From Candidatus Latescibacterota bacterium (GTDB lineage Bacteria; Latescibacterota; UBA2968; UBA8231), in NCBI GenBank assembly GCA_965208105.1, contig OZ242318.1, positions 3,456,001 to 3,520,000 of the forward strand: a stretch of DNA of 64,000 nt, read 5' to 3'. Positions 19,565 through 30,399 of this stretch are shown here, piece by piece (position 1 is the stretch's first letter; every line of letters starts with the position of its first letter). Made by a program: the position numbers and the translations under genes. The notes under the pieces are model-generated. The model saw only the letters and a program-made list of their open reading frames with translations, did not search any database and was not told where the DNA came from.

Positions 19565-20707
19565 ATGTCCAATCCCCTCGTAGAACTGCAGCGGTGCGGT
19601 CAGAGCGTCTGGTTCGACACTATCAGCCGCCGCCTAATCACCTCCGGCGGATTGCAGCGGCTGATCGAAGAGGACGGCCTGCGCGGCATGACCTCCAATC
19701 CGGCGATATTCGAGAAAGCCATTTCCGGCAGCTCCGACTATGCCGGAGCGCTGCGGGCCCATTCCGCGGCCGGCCGCAGCGCCCAGGAGATCTATGAAGC
19801 CATCGCCATAGAGGACATTCAGTGGGCCGCGGATTTGTTGTGGCCGGTGTACCGGGAAACCGCCGGCCGCGACGGGTTCATCTCGTTGGAGGTCTCGCCC
19901 CATCTGGCCGGGGATACGGAGGGGACCATCGCGGAGGCGCTGCGCCTGGCGGCCGCCGTGGGCCGCCGAAACCTGATGATCAAGGTGCCGGGGACCGAGG
20001 CCGGAATTCCCGCCGTCGAGCATCTCATCGGCGAGGGCCTCAACATCAACATCACTCTTCTCTTCGCCCGGGAAAACTACCTCCAGGTGGCCGAGGCCTA
20101 CCTGAACGGCTTGGAGAAGCTCGCAGCCAAGGGGGGCCGGGTCTCCGATGCGGCCAGCGTGGCCAGTTTTTTCGTCAGCCGCATAGATACCATGGTCGAC
20201 GAGTTGATCGATTCCCGCCTGCGGGAGACGGAGAAGGCCAGTGAACGCCTTGCCCTCGAGGCACTGAGGGGCCGGGTGGCGGTGTCCAATGCCAAGTTGA
20301 CCTACGCCAGCTACAAGGAAATCTGCGCCGGCGAGAGGTGGCAGCGGCTGGCGCAGCAAGGCGCGCGGACCCAGCGTCTGCTATGGGCGAGCACCAGCGT
20401 CAAAAATCCGAGCTACAGGGACGTACTCTACGTCGAGGAGCTGATCGGGGCCGACACGGTGAACACCATGCCGGAGGTTACCCTCGATGCCTTTCGCGAC
20501 CACGGCGAGGTGCGGCCCACCCTCGAAGAAGACCTGGATAATGCCCGCGACGCAATGGCGGGGCTGGAGGAATTGGGCATTTCCATGCGCCAGGTTACCG
20601 ATCAGCTGCAGGTGGACGCGGTGGATCTCTTCGTCAAACCTTTCGACCAGCTTCTGGGGGCGATCGAAGCGCAGTGCGAAGCTACGCCCAGGCGCGCGTA
20701 TGCCTGA
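19565..20707 (+). CDS. tal: Transaldolase (type 2, long form)
   Basis: GQSVWFD, GMTSNPAIFEKA, SLEVSP, NLMIKVP, NITLLF, ASFFVSRID, LLWASTSVK; AAGGAG RBS. Confidence 0.95.
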   Translation: MSNPLVELQRCGQSVWFDTISRRLITSGGLQRLIEEDGLRGMTSNPAIFEKAISGSSDYAGALRAHSAAGRSAQEIYEAIAIEDIQWAADLLWPVYRETAGRDGFISLEVSPHLAGDTEGTIAEALRLAAAVGRRNLMIKVPGTEAGIPAVEHLIGEGLNINITLLFARENYLQVAEAYLNGLEKLAAKGGRVSDAASVASFFVSRIDTMVDELIDSRLRETEKASERLALEALRGRVAVSNAKLTYASYKEICAGERWQRLAQQGARTQRLLWASTSVKNPSYRDVLYVEELIGADTVNTMPEVTLDAFRDHGEVRPTLEEDLDNARDAMAGLEELGISMRQVTDQLQVDAVDLFVKPFDQLLGAIEAQCEATPRRAYA

Positions 20708-20868
20708 GGAGAGTTGCGTCCGGAACGGAGAAGCGGGCGGGCAAACGATGGAGACCTCCATGCCGCTGATGGAAGCGGCGGCTGCGGATCCCTGCCGGCG
20801 GCGCCTGCCTCGGAGAACCGCAGATGCCGGTGCCATCTGCGCTCGCCGCGGGGGGAAGGGAGACTAGG

Positions 20869-21426
20869 ATGCCCGATCCTTCCGAGCGCGCCGCCAGGAT
20901 AAAATTGCTGCTGATGGACGTGGACGGAGTGTGGACCGACGGCAAGCTGTTCTACGTTCCCGGCGCCGACGGCGGTATGGTGGAGTCCAAGGCCTTTGAC
21001 ACCCAGGACGGCATGAGCCTGCGCTGGGCCCACGCCGCCGGCCTCGAAACCGGGTTGATCAGCGGCCGCGCCTCGCCCGGGGTGACCCACCGGGCGGAGA
21101 TGCTGGGGGTGACCTACATCTACCAGGAGCATCTCGAGAAGATTCCGCCCTACGAGGAGATCTGCGCCAGGGCCGGCGTCGCCGACGAGGAGGTGGCCTA
21201 CATGGGCGACGACCTCCCCGACATGCCGCTGTTGCGCCGGGTGGGACTGGCGGTGGCGGTGGCCAATGCACGGCCGGAGGTCAGGGCCCGGGTTCACTAC
21301 AGGACCTCCGCTCCGGGGGGCGGCGGCGCCATTCGCGAGGTGGTCGAGCTGATCATGAGAGCACAGGGGACCTGGCCGCAGGTCCTGGAGAAGTACGGGA
21401 TCGGCGCAACGGCTGTTGAGGGGTGA
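20869..21426 (+). CDS. kdsC: KdsC-family HAD phosphatase (KDO8P phosphatase)
   Basis: MDVDGVWTDG, YMGDDLPD, GGGGAIREVVE. Confidence 0.88.
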   Translation: MPDPSERAARIKLLLMDVDGVWTDGKLFYVPGADGGMVESKAFDTQDGMSLRWAHAAGLETGLISGRASPGVTHRAEMLGVTYIYQEHLEKIPPYEEICARAGVADEEVAYMGDDLPDMPLLRRVGLAVAVANARPEVRARVHYRTSAPGGGGAIREVVELIMRAQGTWPQVLEKYGIGATAVEG

Positions 21427-21965
21427 TGATGAATCTGGTGAAGACCACCCTGGGGGCGGGTTGTTTCTGGTGCGTCGAGGCTGTTTTCCAATCCCTGAAA
21501 GGGGTATGCCGCGCCGAGTCCGGTTATGCCGGCGGCAAGGTCCACCGCCCTTCCTACCAGCAGGTCTGCAGCGGGACCACCGGCCACGCCGAAGTGGTCC
21601 AGGTCACCTTCGACCCGGGCGTCATTCCATTCTCCGAACTGCTCCAGGTATTCTGGCGTACCCACGATCCCACCACCCTGAACCGCCAGGGCGCCGACGT
21701 CGGCAGCCAGTACCGCTCCGCCATCTTCCACCACGGCGACGAGCAGAAGGTCACCGCCGAGAAGTCACGGGAGGAAACGGACGCTTCCGGGCTCTGGCCC
21801 GATCCCATAGTCACCGAAATCACCCCCTTCACCAACTTCTACGCAGCGGAGGAGTACCACCAGAAGTTCTATCTGCTCAATCCCGACCAGCCTTATTGCC
21901 GCGTGGTCATCGATCCCAAGATGCGCAAATTCAAGGAGCAATTCCGGTCCATTCTCGACCCTTGA
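21426..21965 (+). CDS. msrA: Peptide methionine sulfoxide reductase A
   Basis: GCFWC, GHAEVV, HDPTTLNRQG.DVGSQYRS, AEEYHQ. Confidence 0.96.
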   Translation: MMNLVKTTLGAGCFWCVEAVFQSLKGVCRAESGYAGGKVHRPSYQQVCSGTTGHAEVVQVTFDPGVIPFSELLQVFWRTHDPTTLNRQGADVGSQYRSAIFHHGDEQKVTAEKSREETDASGLWPDPIVTEITPFTNFYAAEEYHQKFYLLNPDQPYCRVVIDPKMRKFKEQFRSILDP

Positions 21966-22021
21966 GGGCGGAGGCCCGATCGCCGCGGCGAGGGCGCACG
22001 GCTCCGTGAAAAGAAGGTAGT

Positions 22022-22825
22022 ATGAGCACACCGTCCGATGCAGACATCAGGGAGCGCTATGGCCGCCAGGGATATTTCATCTTCCAGCGGCCCGTTCTCG
22101 ATCCCGGCCTGACGCGCCGCGCCAGCATGGGCATGGATATGATCAGGCGGGGAGAATACGACCTGGACGACCTGGAGCCGAGAAAGTCGGTGTGGAATCC
22201 GGGAGACGACCCCAACGTTCTCTGCAAGATCGAGCAGCCGCAATTCATCAACCGGGCGATCCGCGAGGTGGCGGCTTCGCCGGTCATCGGCAGGCTGGCG
22301 GCGGCGGCAACGGGTGCGAAAATGATTCAGACCTGGTGGATCCAGCTGTTGTACAAGCCACCGACCCCAGGCGACGAAACCTCGCCCACCCGGGTGGGCT
22401 GGCACCAGGACTGGAACTACTGGAGACCGGCGTGGGAGGAAGGCAGTGAGTTGTTGACCGCCTGGGTCGCGTTGAGCGATGTGGGCAAGGACTCGGGGCC
22501 CATGAAGTTCGTCAGCGGCAGTCACCGCTGGGGCTACGTGGAAGGCAGCGATTTTTTCAGCCAGGGAGGGACCCGCCAAAATATCCAGGTTCCCCCGGGA
22601 GAGCATTGGAAGGAAGCCGACGCCCTGATGGAAGCCGGGGGCTTCAGTCTGCACGACCGCCTGGTCCTTCACGGCAGCGACCGCAACCGGGAGGATGGGC
22701 CGCGGCGCAGCCTGGCGATCCACCTGCGCACGGAGAACAGCCAACCGGCGGGCGGCAAGCGCGAGGGTCTCACGACCTACCTCGACAATCCCAGCGTAAG
22801 CCCGGTGATATTCGGGGGGAATTGA
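22022..22825 (+). CDS. Phytanoyl-CoA dioxygenase (PhyH) family Fe/2OG oxygenase
   Basis: GWHQD, AWVALSDV, GSHRWG, LHGS..N..R. Confidence 0.9.
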   Translation: MSTPSDADIRERYGRQGYFIFQRPVLDPGLTRRASMGMDMIRRGEYDLDDLEPRKSVWNPGDDPNVLCKIEQPQFINRAIREVAASPVIGRLAAAATGAKMIQTWWIQLLYKPPTPGDETSPTRVGWHQDWNYWRPAWEEGSELLTAWVALSDVGKDSGPMKFVSGSHRWGYVEGSDFFSQGGTRQNIQVPPGEHWKEADALMEAGGFSLHDRLVLHGSDRNREDGPRRSLAIHLRTENSQPAGGKREGLTTYLDNPSVSPVIFGGN

Positions 22826-22833
22826 GTGATCCC

Positions 22834-23610
22834 ATGATCCTGCGACAACGCGGCGGCGCGGCCCAAGCCGGAGGCTCTTGCCGGACCGGGGAGCGCGTGG
22901 TCGACCTGGATCCGCAGAAAACCGCGGTGATCATCTGCGACATGTGGAACGAGCACTGGTGCGTGGGAGCGACCAGGCGGGTGGCGGAGATGGCCCCGAG
23001 AATGAACGCGGTGGTGAAGGAGCTGCGCGGAAAAGGCGCGCTGATCATTCACGCCCCCAGCGGCACCATGAACCACTACGCCGGCACTCCGCAGCGCAAG
23101 CTGGCCCTGGAGGCGGAACCGACAGAGACTCCGGTGCCATTGAGGGAGTCGTGCCCCCTCGACGAGAGCCGCGAGGGAGCGCTCCCCGTGGACGACTCGG
23201 ACGGAGGCTGCGACTGCAGCGTCACCTGCTCCCAGAGCAAGCCCTGGTCCAGGCAGATCGACGCCATCGAGATCGAGGCCGGGGATGCCGTCGCCTACGG
23301 CCTGGAGGCCCTCTACCTGATGCAGCGCCGCGGCCGCGGCAACGCCATCATCATGGGGGTGGCCGCGAACATGTGCGTCCTGGGGAGGCCCTTCGGAATC
23401 CGCCAGCTGGTCTACCAGGGGAAGAACACACTGCTGGTGCGGGACATGACCGAGGTCATGTACAACTCGCGCATGGAACCCCGGGTAAACCATTTCCGCG
23501 GCCTCGACCTGGTGATCGAGCACATCGAGAGGTTCTGGTGCCCGACCATCACCAGCGATCAGATAATCGGCGGCGAGCCTTTTCGCTTCAGGGAGGACGA
23601 GGGCGACTGA
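22834..23610 (+). CDS. Isochorismatase/cysteine-hydrolase family protein
   Basis: TAVIICDMWNEHWC, IIHAPS, GVAANMCVLGRPFG. Confidence 0.82.
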   Translation: MILRQRGGAAQAGGSCRTGERVVDLDPQKTAVIICDMWNEHWCVGATRRVAEMAPRMNAVVKELRGKGALIIHAPSGTMNHYAGTPQRKLALEAEPTETPVPLRESCPLDESREGALPVDDSDGGCDCSVTCSQSKPWSRQIDAIEIEAGDAVAYGLEALYLMQRRGRGNAIIMGVAANMCVLGRPFGIRQLVYQGKNTLLVRDMTEVMYNSRMEPRVNHFRGLDLVIEHIERFWCPTITSDQIIGGEPFRFREDEGD

Positions 23611-23635
23611 GCTCTCGCTTCCCGGAGGAACAAGC

Positions 23636-24646
23636 ATGTCCCACTACGTCTATGTCGCCAGCTCCGAGGACGACAGAATCGCGGTCTTCACCATGGACCC
23701 GGAAACGGGCCGGCTGGACCTGCGCGAGGAGGTGGAACTCGGCGGCGGTCCGGCGCCCCTGGCCACCGACCCCGGGCGCAGGCATCTCTATGCAGGGCGA
23801 CGCTCCTCGTTCCAGGTGTCGAGCTTCAGCATGGACCAGGACACGGGGCGGCTGACCCACGTGGGCGCCGTCTCCCTGCCGTCGGATCCCTGCTTCATCG
23901 CAACCGACCGCAGGGGCCGCTTCCTGCTTTCCTCCTACTACAATGCCGGAGTGGCGGCGGTGCATCCCATCGGCCCCGACGGGGCGGTGGCAGCGGCCCC
24001 CGTCGAGTGGATATCCACCGCCCCCAAGGCCCATTCCATCCAGACGGACCGGTCCAACAGGTACGCCTTCGTTCCTCACGTCGGAGAGGCCAACGCCATC
24101 TTCCAGTTCGCCTTCGACGAAGACACGGGGGCCCTCGAACCCACCGCCGCCCCCAGGACCATCGCGGGCGAAGGCCAGGGTCCGCGCCATTTCTGTTTTC
24201 ATCCCCACCGGGACATCGTCTATTTCTCCAACGAGCAGGGCTGCAGCGTGACCGCCTATCAGCTGGACCCGGAGTCCGGCTCCCTCGCCGCCTTCCAGAC
24301 CGTCTCCACCTTGCCGCCGGACTTCCGCGGATCCAACTCCTGCTCTCAGATCCAGATCGATCCATCCGGCAGTTTCCTCTTCGCCCCCAACCGCGGCCAC
24401 GACAGCATCGCCTGTTTCGCCGTGGACGCCGGGGGCGGCCTGACCGCGGCAGGGCGGCAACCCGTCCAGGGAACGCCGAGGGCATTCAGCCTCGATCCCG
24501 GGGGGAACTTCCTCTTCGCCGCCGGCCTCGGCGCCGACAAGCTGTCCTCCTTCCGCGTCGACGGCGGCACCGGCGCACTGGAGCCGCTGCAGGTCCTGGA
24601 GGTCGGCAGAGGGCCCATGTGGGTGCTCGCCGCCAGGTTGGGGTGA
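23636..24646 (+). CDS. Lactonase (6-phosphogluconolactonase-like 7-bladed propeller)
   Basis: AHSI, GPRHFCFHP, NRGHDSI, PRAF motifs. Confidence 0.9.
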   Translation: MSHYVYVASSEDDRIAVFTMDPETGRLDLREEVELGGGPAPLATDPGRRHLYAGRRSSFQVSSFSMDQDTGRLTHVGAVSLPSDPCFIATDRRGRFLLSSYYNAGVAAVHPIGPDGAVAAAPVEWISTAPKAHSIQTDRSNRYAFVPHVGEANAIFQFAFDEDTGALEPTAAPRTIAGEGQGPRHFCFHPHRDIVYFSNEQGCSVTAYQLDPESGSLAAFQTVSTLPPDFRGSNSCSQIQIDPSGSFLFAPNRGHDSIACFAVDAGGGLTAAGRQPVQGTPRAFSLDPGGNFLFAAGLGADKLSSFRVDGGTGALEPLQVLEVGRGPMWVLAARLG

Positions 24647-24659
24647 AGCGGGAGAGAGC

Positions 24660-25532
24660 ATGATCAAGCTCGGTTGCAACGCCATGCAGAAGGTCAAGGG
24701 CAGCCCATCCGAGTCGGTGGACGTGGAGGTCCTGATCGACCTGATCCACGAGCTGAAGCTGGACATCGTCGACTTCCAGCTCGACCGCGGGTTTCGCTCC
24801 AGGGACCCCGATTATCTCCGCGGCATCAAGCTCAGGTGCCACAGGTATGGTTTGCCCATCGGCTTCATCGGCGCCGGATCAGGCTTCGTGGGACATTGCC
24901 TCGGTTCCGGAGGGGAGGTGCTGGGCGCCCCGCTGCCCCCGCGCGAATTGCGGCGGAGGATAGCCCAGGTCCAGGAGGCGGTGGAGGTCGCCGCGTTCAT
25001 GGGCGCGCCTCTGGTACGCCTTTTCGGGGGCGGGATACCGGCGCGCAGCGAAAACCGGCAGGCCCTGTGGTCCGGCGTCATAGCCAGTTTCCAGGAGGTC
25101 TGCGACTACGCCGCCGAGCGCGGCATTCTCATCGGGCTGCACAACCACGCACCGGCGGTGCCTCCCACCGGGGGCGACATCCTGGGAATTCTGCGCGAGG
25201 TCGACCGCAGCAATTTCACCTTCATCCTGGACACCGGTCAGTGGTGGGGGTCGCCCGGGTCCTCAGGGCTCGACCCGGAGGTGGACTTTTACCAGTTCAT
25301 GGAGCAGACCGCCGCCCATGCCACCTACGTGCGGGCAAAGATCTACAAAATCGACAGCGGCAGGGAAGAGTGGCTCGACTACCGGCGCATCATGGCCATT
25401 CTCAAGGCGGCGGACTTCAACGGCAACATGTCCATCGTCTTCGAAGACCGGGGCAACAGCTGCGGCTACTCCCGGTCCATCGCCCTGGGCGCCGCCCATC
25501 TTCGCGCTGTGCTCGCCGAGTTTTCCATGTAG
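24660..25532 (+). CDS. Sugar phosphate isomerase/epimerase (xylose-isomerase-like TIM barrel)
   Basis: GAPLVRLFGG, IGLHNH, ILDTG, MSIVFE pattern. Confidence 0.8.
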   Translation: MIKLGCNAMQKVKGSPSESVDVEVLIDLIHELKLDIVDFQLDRGFRSRDPDYLRGIKLRCHRYGLPIGFIGAGSGFVGHCLGSGGEVLGAPLPPRELRRRIAQVQEAVEVAAFMGAPLVRLFGGGIPARSENRQALWSGVIASFQEVCDYAAERGILIGLHNHAPAVPPTGGDILGILREVDRSNFTFILDTGQWWGSPGSSGLDPEVDFYQFMEQTAAHATYVRAKIYKIDSGREEWLDYRRIMAILKAADFNGNMSIVFEDRGNSCGYSRSIALGAAHLRAVLAEFSM

Positions 25533-25591
25533 ATTTGCAGCATGCACCGGCCAATCATTTTCACCTTCAACCGCGAGGGGAGACAGGCATC

Positions 25592-26674
25592 ATGAGCGCA
25601 GCGGAGGGCAACGAAATCCCGGTCTACATCGGCACCTATACGAGAGGCGACAGTGTGGGGATATACGTCTACAAGCTGGACCTGTCCAGCGGCCGCCTGG
25701 AATATTCCAGCGAGACCGCCGGCGTCGACAACCCCTCCTTCCTTGCCCTCGATCCGGCACGGCGCCGTCTCTATGCGGTCAACGAGGAGGCGCCCGACGG
25801 CAGGGTGAGCGCCTTCGCCATCGACCCCGACAGCGGCGCCCTGAACTATCTCAACCAGCAGCCCACGAGGGGAGGCCTTCCCTGTTATCTGGTCGTCGAC
25901 CGCAGCGGCAGATTCGTCCTCCTGTCCAACTACGGCAGCGGCAGCGTGGCCGTCTTCGCCATCGAGGAGGACGGCAGCCTGGGAGCGATGACCGACCTGG
26001 TGCCGCACCAGGGTTCCAGCGTCGACGAGGAGCGCCAGCAAGGACCCCACGCCCACTGCATCGTCCTCGATGCGGCCGGCCGCCGCGCCTTTTCGGCCGA
26101 CCTGGGAGCCGACGAGGTAAAGATCTACGACTTCGACGCCGCCGAGGGGAAACTGCTGCCGGGGGATCCCCCCGCGGTCAAGGCCGAGCCCGGGGTGGGG
26201 CCGCGCCACTTCACCTTTCACCCCGGCGGCAGGTACGCCTATCTCATCAACGAGCTGGGCTCGACCATGAGCGCCTTCACCTACGACGGGGAGAGGGGCG
26301 CGCTGCAGCAGATTCAGACCCTGTCCACCCTGCCTGCGGGATTCACCGCCTACAATCACTGCGCGGACCTGCACGTGGAGCCGTCCGGGAAATTCCTCTA
26401 CGGCTCCAACCGCGGCCACGACAGCCTCGCCATCTACGGCATCGACGAGTCCAGCGGCCGCCTCACCTTTCTCGGCAACGAGTCGACCCGGGGCGGGGGA
26501 CCGCGCAACTTCGCCATCGACCCGAGCGGGACCTACCTGCTGGCCGCCAACCACGACTCCGACAACGTGGTGACCTTTCGCATCGACCGGGACAGCGGCA
26601 TGCTGAAGGAGACCGGGCACGTCGCCCATGTTCCCTCGCCCGTCTGCCTGAAGATGGAATACACCACCTTCTGA
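25592..26674 (+). CDS. Lactonase (6-phosphogluconolactonase-like)
   Basis: YIGTYT, NPSFL, RQQGPHAH, GPRHFTFHP, SNRGHDS, PRNF; true start is the internal ATG of ORF 24674..26674. Confidence 0.92.
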   Translation: MSAAEGNEIPVYIGTYTRGDSVGIYVYKLDLSSGRLEYSSETAGVDNPSFLALDPARRRLYAVNEEAPDGRVSAFAIDPDSGALNYLNQQPTRGGLPCYLVVDRSGRFVLLSNYGSGSVAVFAIEEDGSLGAMTDLVPHQGSSVDEERQQGPHAHCIVLDAAGRRAFSADLGADEVKIYDFDAAEGKLLPGDPPAVKAEPGVGPRHFTFHPGGRYAYLINELGSTMSAFTYDGERGALQQIQTLSTLPAGFTAYNHCADLHVEPSGKFLYGSNRGHDSLAIYGIDESSGRLTFLGNESTRGGGPRNFAIDPSGTYLLAANHDSDNVVTFRIDRDSGMLKETGHVAHVPSPVCLKMEYTTF

Positions 26675-26684
26675 GGAGGGCCCC

Positions 26685-27374
26685 ATGAAGGTGGAATCGG
26701 CCTGCGCCAGGATCGAAGAGCGGGGCTACTGCGTTTTGGAGGACCTTCTCGACCCGCGGGAGGCGGCGCGCCTGGACGCCCGCGCCCGCCGGCTGATGCA
26801 GCGGGAAAAGGGCTACGTGAACCTGGAAGGCGCCCTCAATCCCATGCCCGAGCTGGCTCCCCTGTGCGTCCATCCCGTGGTGATGGAGATCGCCGGGCAT
26901 TTTCTCGGCGCCCCCTTCTACCTGGCCAACAACGTCTGCATGAAGTGGTGCCAGCCGGGGGCGGCGGCCGGGCATCTGCACTCGGACTGGCCCCTTCTCG
27001 ACGTGCCCCGGCCTTATCCTCCCTGGCCCATGTTGCTGCAGACCATGTGGATGCTCACCGATTTCACCGCTGAAAACGGCGCCACCCTCGTCGTCCCGGG
27101 CAGCCACCTGGAAGGCAGACCGCCGGCTTCCGGCGGGGCGGCCGGGGAGGTCGCCGTCACTGGCCGGCGGGGATCGCTGCTCGTCTGGCACGGTACCCTG
27201 TGGCACCGGGCGGCGGCCAACACTACCACGGGCCAGCATCGCATGGGCGCCAACGCCGGCTACATTCCCAGGTTCATCCACCGCCCCCGGGAGGAGTGGC
27301 CGCTGCTGCGCCCCGGCCTCTACGAGAGCTTTCCCGCGAGCCTGCGCCAGCTCCTGGAGCGCTCGGTGGAGTGA
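26685..27374 (+). CDS. PhyH family dioxygenase
   Basis: LHSD, MLTDFTAENGAT.VVPGSH, LWH. Confidence 0.88.
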   Translation: MKVESACARIEERGYCVLEDLLDPREAARLDARARRLMQREKGYVNLEGALNPMPELAPLCVHPVVMEIAGHFLGAPFYLANNVCMKWCQPGAAAGHLHSDWPLLDVPRPYPPWPMLLQTMWMLTDFTAENGATLVVPGSHLEGRPPASGGAAGEVAVTGRRGSLLVWHGTLWHRAAANTTTGQHRMGANAGYIPRFIHRPREEWPLLRPGLYESFPASLRQLLERSVE

Positions 27375-27482
27375 GGAAGAGAGATTGCCCCCCGCCGGAG
27401 TGCCCTGGGGTCCGGCGGTGAAGTTGACCGGGTCACCTGAAAATTCTTTTATTCCTGCCTCACCCCCAGGCGAGGAGAGGTT

Positions 27483-28832
27483 ATGGAATCGACTCAGCTT
27501 CGCGTCACCCCTGGAGAGCGCCAGCTCTTCCTCGACGATTTCGGCGTCAAGACCTGTGCCGGCCTCACCCGGACCATGCACCCTCCGGAGAAGAAAGGCG
27601 CCGTGGTGCGGTCGGACTGGACCGGGGGAGAGGAGGCCGCCCTGCAGACCCGCAGCGCCCCCCAGTGGGACCCCGGGGAGGGCGTTTACAAACTCTGGAG
27701 CGGCGGCGGACTCCGCGAGAGCCCCGACGGGCTGCATTGGACCCTGGTGGAGGAACAAACTCCTCCCGGCGAGGTGGTCTACGACGACGGCGACCCCGAC
27801 CCGCAGCGCCGCTTCAAGGCATTCTTCCCGGGAATCCGCAGGGCTTCTCCCGACGGCATCCACTGGACCGAGGTGCCGGGCAACCCGGTCGAGAGCTCGG
27901 ACGAGCACAATTTCTCCTTCGACCGCCGCGACCGCCTCTTCATCGCCACGGTGAAGCAGGGAGGTCCCTTCGGCCGGGCGGTGTACCTTTCGACCAGCGC
28001 CGACTTCGAGACCTGGACCGAGCCCGAGTTCATCTTCAGCGCCGACGAGGAGGACCAGGAGCTGGGCCGCCAGAACATCGAGGCGGTCCTGGCGGATCCC
28101 TCCCTGCAGCAACCGAAGTTCGTCGATCCCGAGGTCTTCAACGTCGATGTCTACAACATGGGGGCCTACCGCTACGAGAGTGTGTACATCGGCCACCCGG
28201 CCATGTACCACGCCACCGGCCCGGTCCCCAACTACCCCAACACCGACGGCTTTCACCTGGTGCAGCTCGTCTGCAGCCGCGACCTGAAGACCTGGCAGCG
28301 GCTGGGGGGGCGCAAGCCCTTCATCGGGCTTTCTCCACTGGGAACGGGAGCCTACGACCGGCAGCAGATCATCGGCCCCTCCGACGCGGTGGTGCGCGGC
28401 GACGAGCTGTGGTTCTACTACACCGGCCTCAAGTACCGCGCCACCTATGAGTGGATCGGGGAATATCCGGGAGGCGAAATGCGGCAGCTACCCGGCTACG
28501 AACCCGACAGGGGAGCCATCTGCCTTGCGGTGCTGCGGCGGGACGGCTTCGTCTCCCTCGACGCCGGGGACGAAACCGGTACGGTGGAGACCAGGGAGTT
28601 CCTCCTTCCCTCGGGCGAACTCCACGTCAACGCCGACGCCCACGGTGGCGAGCTCGCCGTCGAGATGCTGGCGAGGGACGGCGCGGTCCTTGCCGCGTCC
28701 CGGACCCTGGGTGAAGACGCCGCGGCCGCCCGCGTCGAGTGGACCGGCGGGAACGGCGCCGCCGCGGGATCCGAGGTGAGCCTGCGCTTCTGCCTGCGCA
28801 ACACAGAGCTCTACTCCTACTGGTTCGAGTGA
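27483..28832 (+). CDS. GH32/43-like beta-propeller + beta-sandwich protein of unknown substrate
   Basis: RQLFLDD, S.DG.HW Asp-box-like repeats, LWFYY, LRRDGFVSLDA. Confidence 0.65.
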   Translation: MESTQLRVTPGERQLFLDDFGVKTCAGLTRTMHPPEKKGAVVRSDWTGGEEAALQTRSAPQWDPGEGVYKLWSGGGLRESPDGLHWTLVEEQTPPGEVVYDDGDPDPQRRFKAFFPGIRRASPDGIHWTEVPGNPVESSDEHNFSFDRRDRLFIATVKQGGPFGRAVYLSTSADFETWTEPEFIFSADEEDQELGRQNIEAVLADPSLQQPKFVDPEVFNVDVYNMGAYRYESVYIGHPAMYHATGPVPNYPNTDGFHLVQLVCSRDLKTWQRLGGRKPFIGLSPLGTGAYDRQQIIGPSDAVVRGDELWFYYTGLKYRATYEWIGEYPGGEMRQLPGYEPDRGAICLAVLRRDGFVSLDAGDETGTVETREFLLPSGELHVNADAHGGELAVEMLARDGAVLAASRTLGEDAAAARVEWTGGNGAAAGSEVSLRFCLRNTELYSYWFE

Positions 28833-28920
28833 AGGAGAGAAAGCTCCGCGAGAAGTAAGCCAACCCCAACCGCGCCGGGGGACCGGGTCCCCTGGCCTGC
28901 ATTCCGGAGAGCGAAACACC

Positions 28921-30399
28921 ATGATGATGAAGCTCCTGTTCTTCGACTACCGCGACTACGAAAGCATCGAGGGCCTGGTACGCCGCCTCGAGCCTCCCCG
29001 CAGGCACCCGGGGAATCCGATCCTCGAATCGGACCAGGAGGTGGAGGGAGATCACATGTCGCTCTACGGGTCGGTGGTGCGCCGCCCCGAGGACGGGCTC
29101 TGGCAGATGTGGTACACCTCGAGGAACCAGCGGCTCGGAGGAATAATCCTGGCCTACGCCACCAGCGAGGACGGCGTTCACTGGACCAGGCCCGATCTCG
29201 ACGTGGTGGAGTATGAGGGCCGCAGGACCAACATCGTCGCCGTCGACCAGCCGCTCGGCGCCACCGTAATGCTCGACGAGCGCGAGGGCAGGTCGGGCTG
29301 GCGCTACAAGATGCTGGCCGGCGCTCCTCCCTCCGGCAACATCTCAGCTTTCCGCAGTGCGGACGGCATCCACTGGTCCGCCGCTGCGGAGAACCCGGTG
29401 ATAGCCACCAACCCCGACTGCCCCATGGCGCTGCACCGCGCCGCCGACGGGCGCTACGTGGTCTACACCCGTCCCGAAGGCGGCGACCGCCGGGTGGCGA
29501 GGGCGGAGTCGTGGGATTTCATCCACTGGTCCGAGACCAGGCTGGTGCTGGAGCCGGGACCCCAGGACCCGACCCAGGTCCAGTTCTACGGCATGGGCTC
29601 CACCACCTACGGCGGCTACGACCTGGGCACTCTCTGGGCCTACCGCACCCCGGTCGAGGACCTGGGTTACTACAAGACCCAGGGCGGGCGCCAGGAACCC
29701 GAGCTGACCTACTGCCGCAACGGCTCCTCGTGGGGCTGGCCGCTGCTCTCCGGAGCGGGGGGCTACGCCTGGCATCGCATGTCCCCCGGGAATCCCCTCC
29801 TCTCCTGCGGCTCCGGGGACTCGTGGGAGCAGGGCAGCATTCAGACGGCAAGCTCCCTGGTTTTCCTCGACGACGAGATCAGGCTCTACTACGCCGGCAG
29901 CAGGACCGTCCACGGTGAGCGCGAATGGGACGGACCGGAACCCCGCTGCGGCATCGGCTTCGCGTCTTTCGGCCCCGACCGCTTCGTCTCCCTCGACGCC
30001 GGGGAGGACGAGGGAAGGATCCTCACCCGGCCGCTGCGCAGCGATAGTCCCAACTTCTACGTGAACGCGGAGGTGGAGGAAGACGGCTGCGTGCAGGTCG
30101 AGATCGCCGATATCGACGCAAAACCCGTCAGAGGCTTCGAGCTGGACAAATGCGTTCCCATCGCGGGCGACTCGGTGCGCCACCGGGTGAAGTGGCGGGG
30201 GAATCCCGACGCGGGGCCGCTGGCGGGACCGTGGATCCGGCTGCGGGTGAAGGCCCGCCGCGCCAGGGTCTACGCCCTGTTCTGCTGCACCGAGGGAGAG
30301 GTGGGGGAGTACTGGAACTTCCGCATCCCCCACACCCGGGGCTCCCTGTGGGAGAAGCTGGCGGACTTCGAGGCGGCCGGGAAGAGAAGCTCCGGATGA
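28921..30399 (+). CDS. GH32/43-like beta-propeller protein of unknown substrate
   Basis: HPGNP, WQMWY, YATSEDGVHW, SADGIHW, DRFVSLDA. Confidence 0.65.
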   Translation: MMMKLLFFDYRDYESIEGLVRRLEPPRRHPGNPILESDQEVEGDHMSLYGSVVRRPEDGLWQMWYTSRNQRLGGIILAYATSEDGVHWTRPDLDVVEYEGRRTNIVAVDQPLGATVMLDEREGRSGWRYKMLAGAPPSGNISAFRSADGIHWSAAAENPVIATNPDCPMALHRAADGRYVVYTRPEGGDRRVARAESWDFIHWSETRLVLEPGPQDPTQVQFYGMGSTTYGGYDLGTLWAYRTPVEDLGYYKTQGGRQEPELTYCRNGSSWGWPLLSGAGGYAWHRMSPGNPLLSCGSGDSWEQGSIQTASSLVFLDDEIRLYYAGSRTVHGEREWDGPEPRCGIGFASFGPDRFVSLDAGEDEGRILTRPLRSDSPNFYVNAEVEEDGCVQVEIADIDAKPVRGFELDKCVPIAGDSVRHRVKWRGNPDAGPLAGPWIRLRVKARRARVYALFCCTEGEVGEYWNFRIPHTRGSLWEKLADFEAAGKRSSG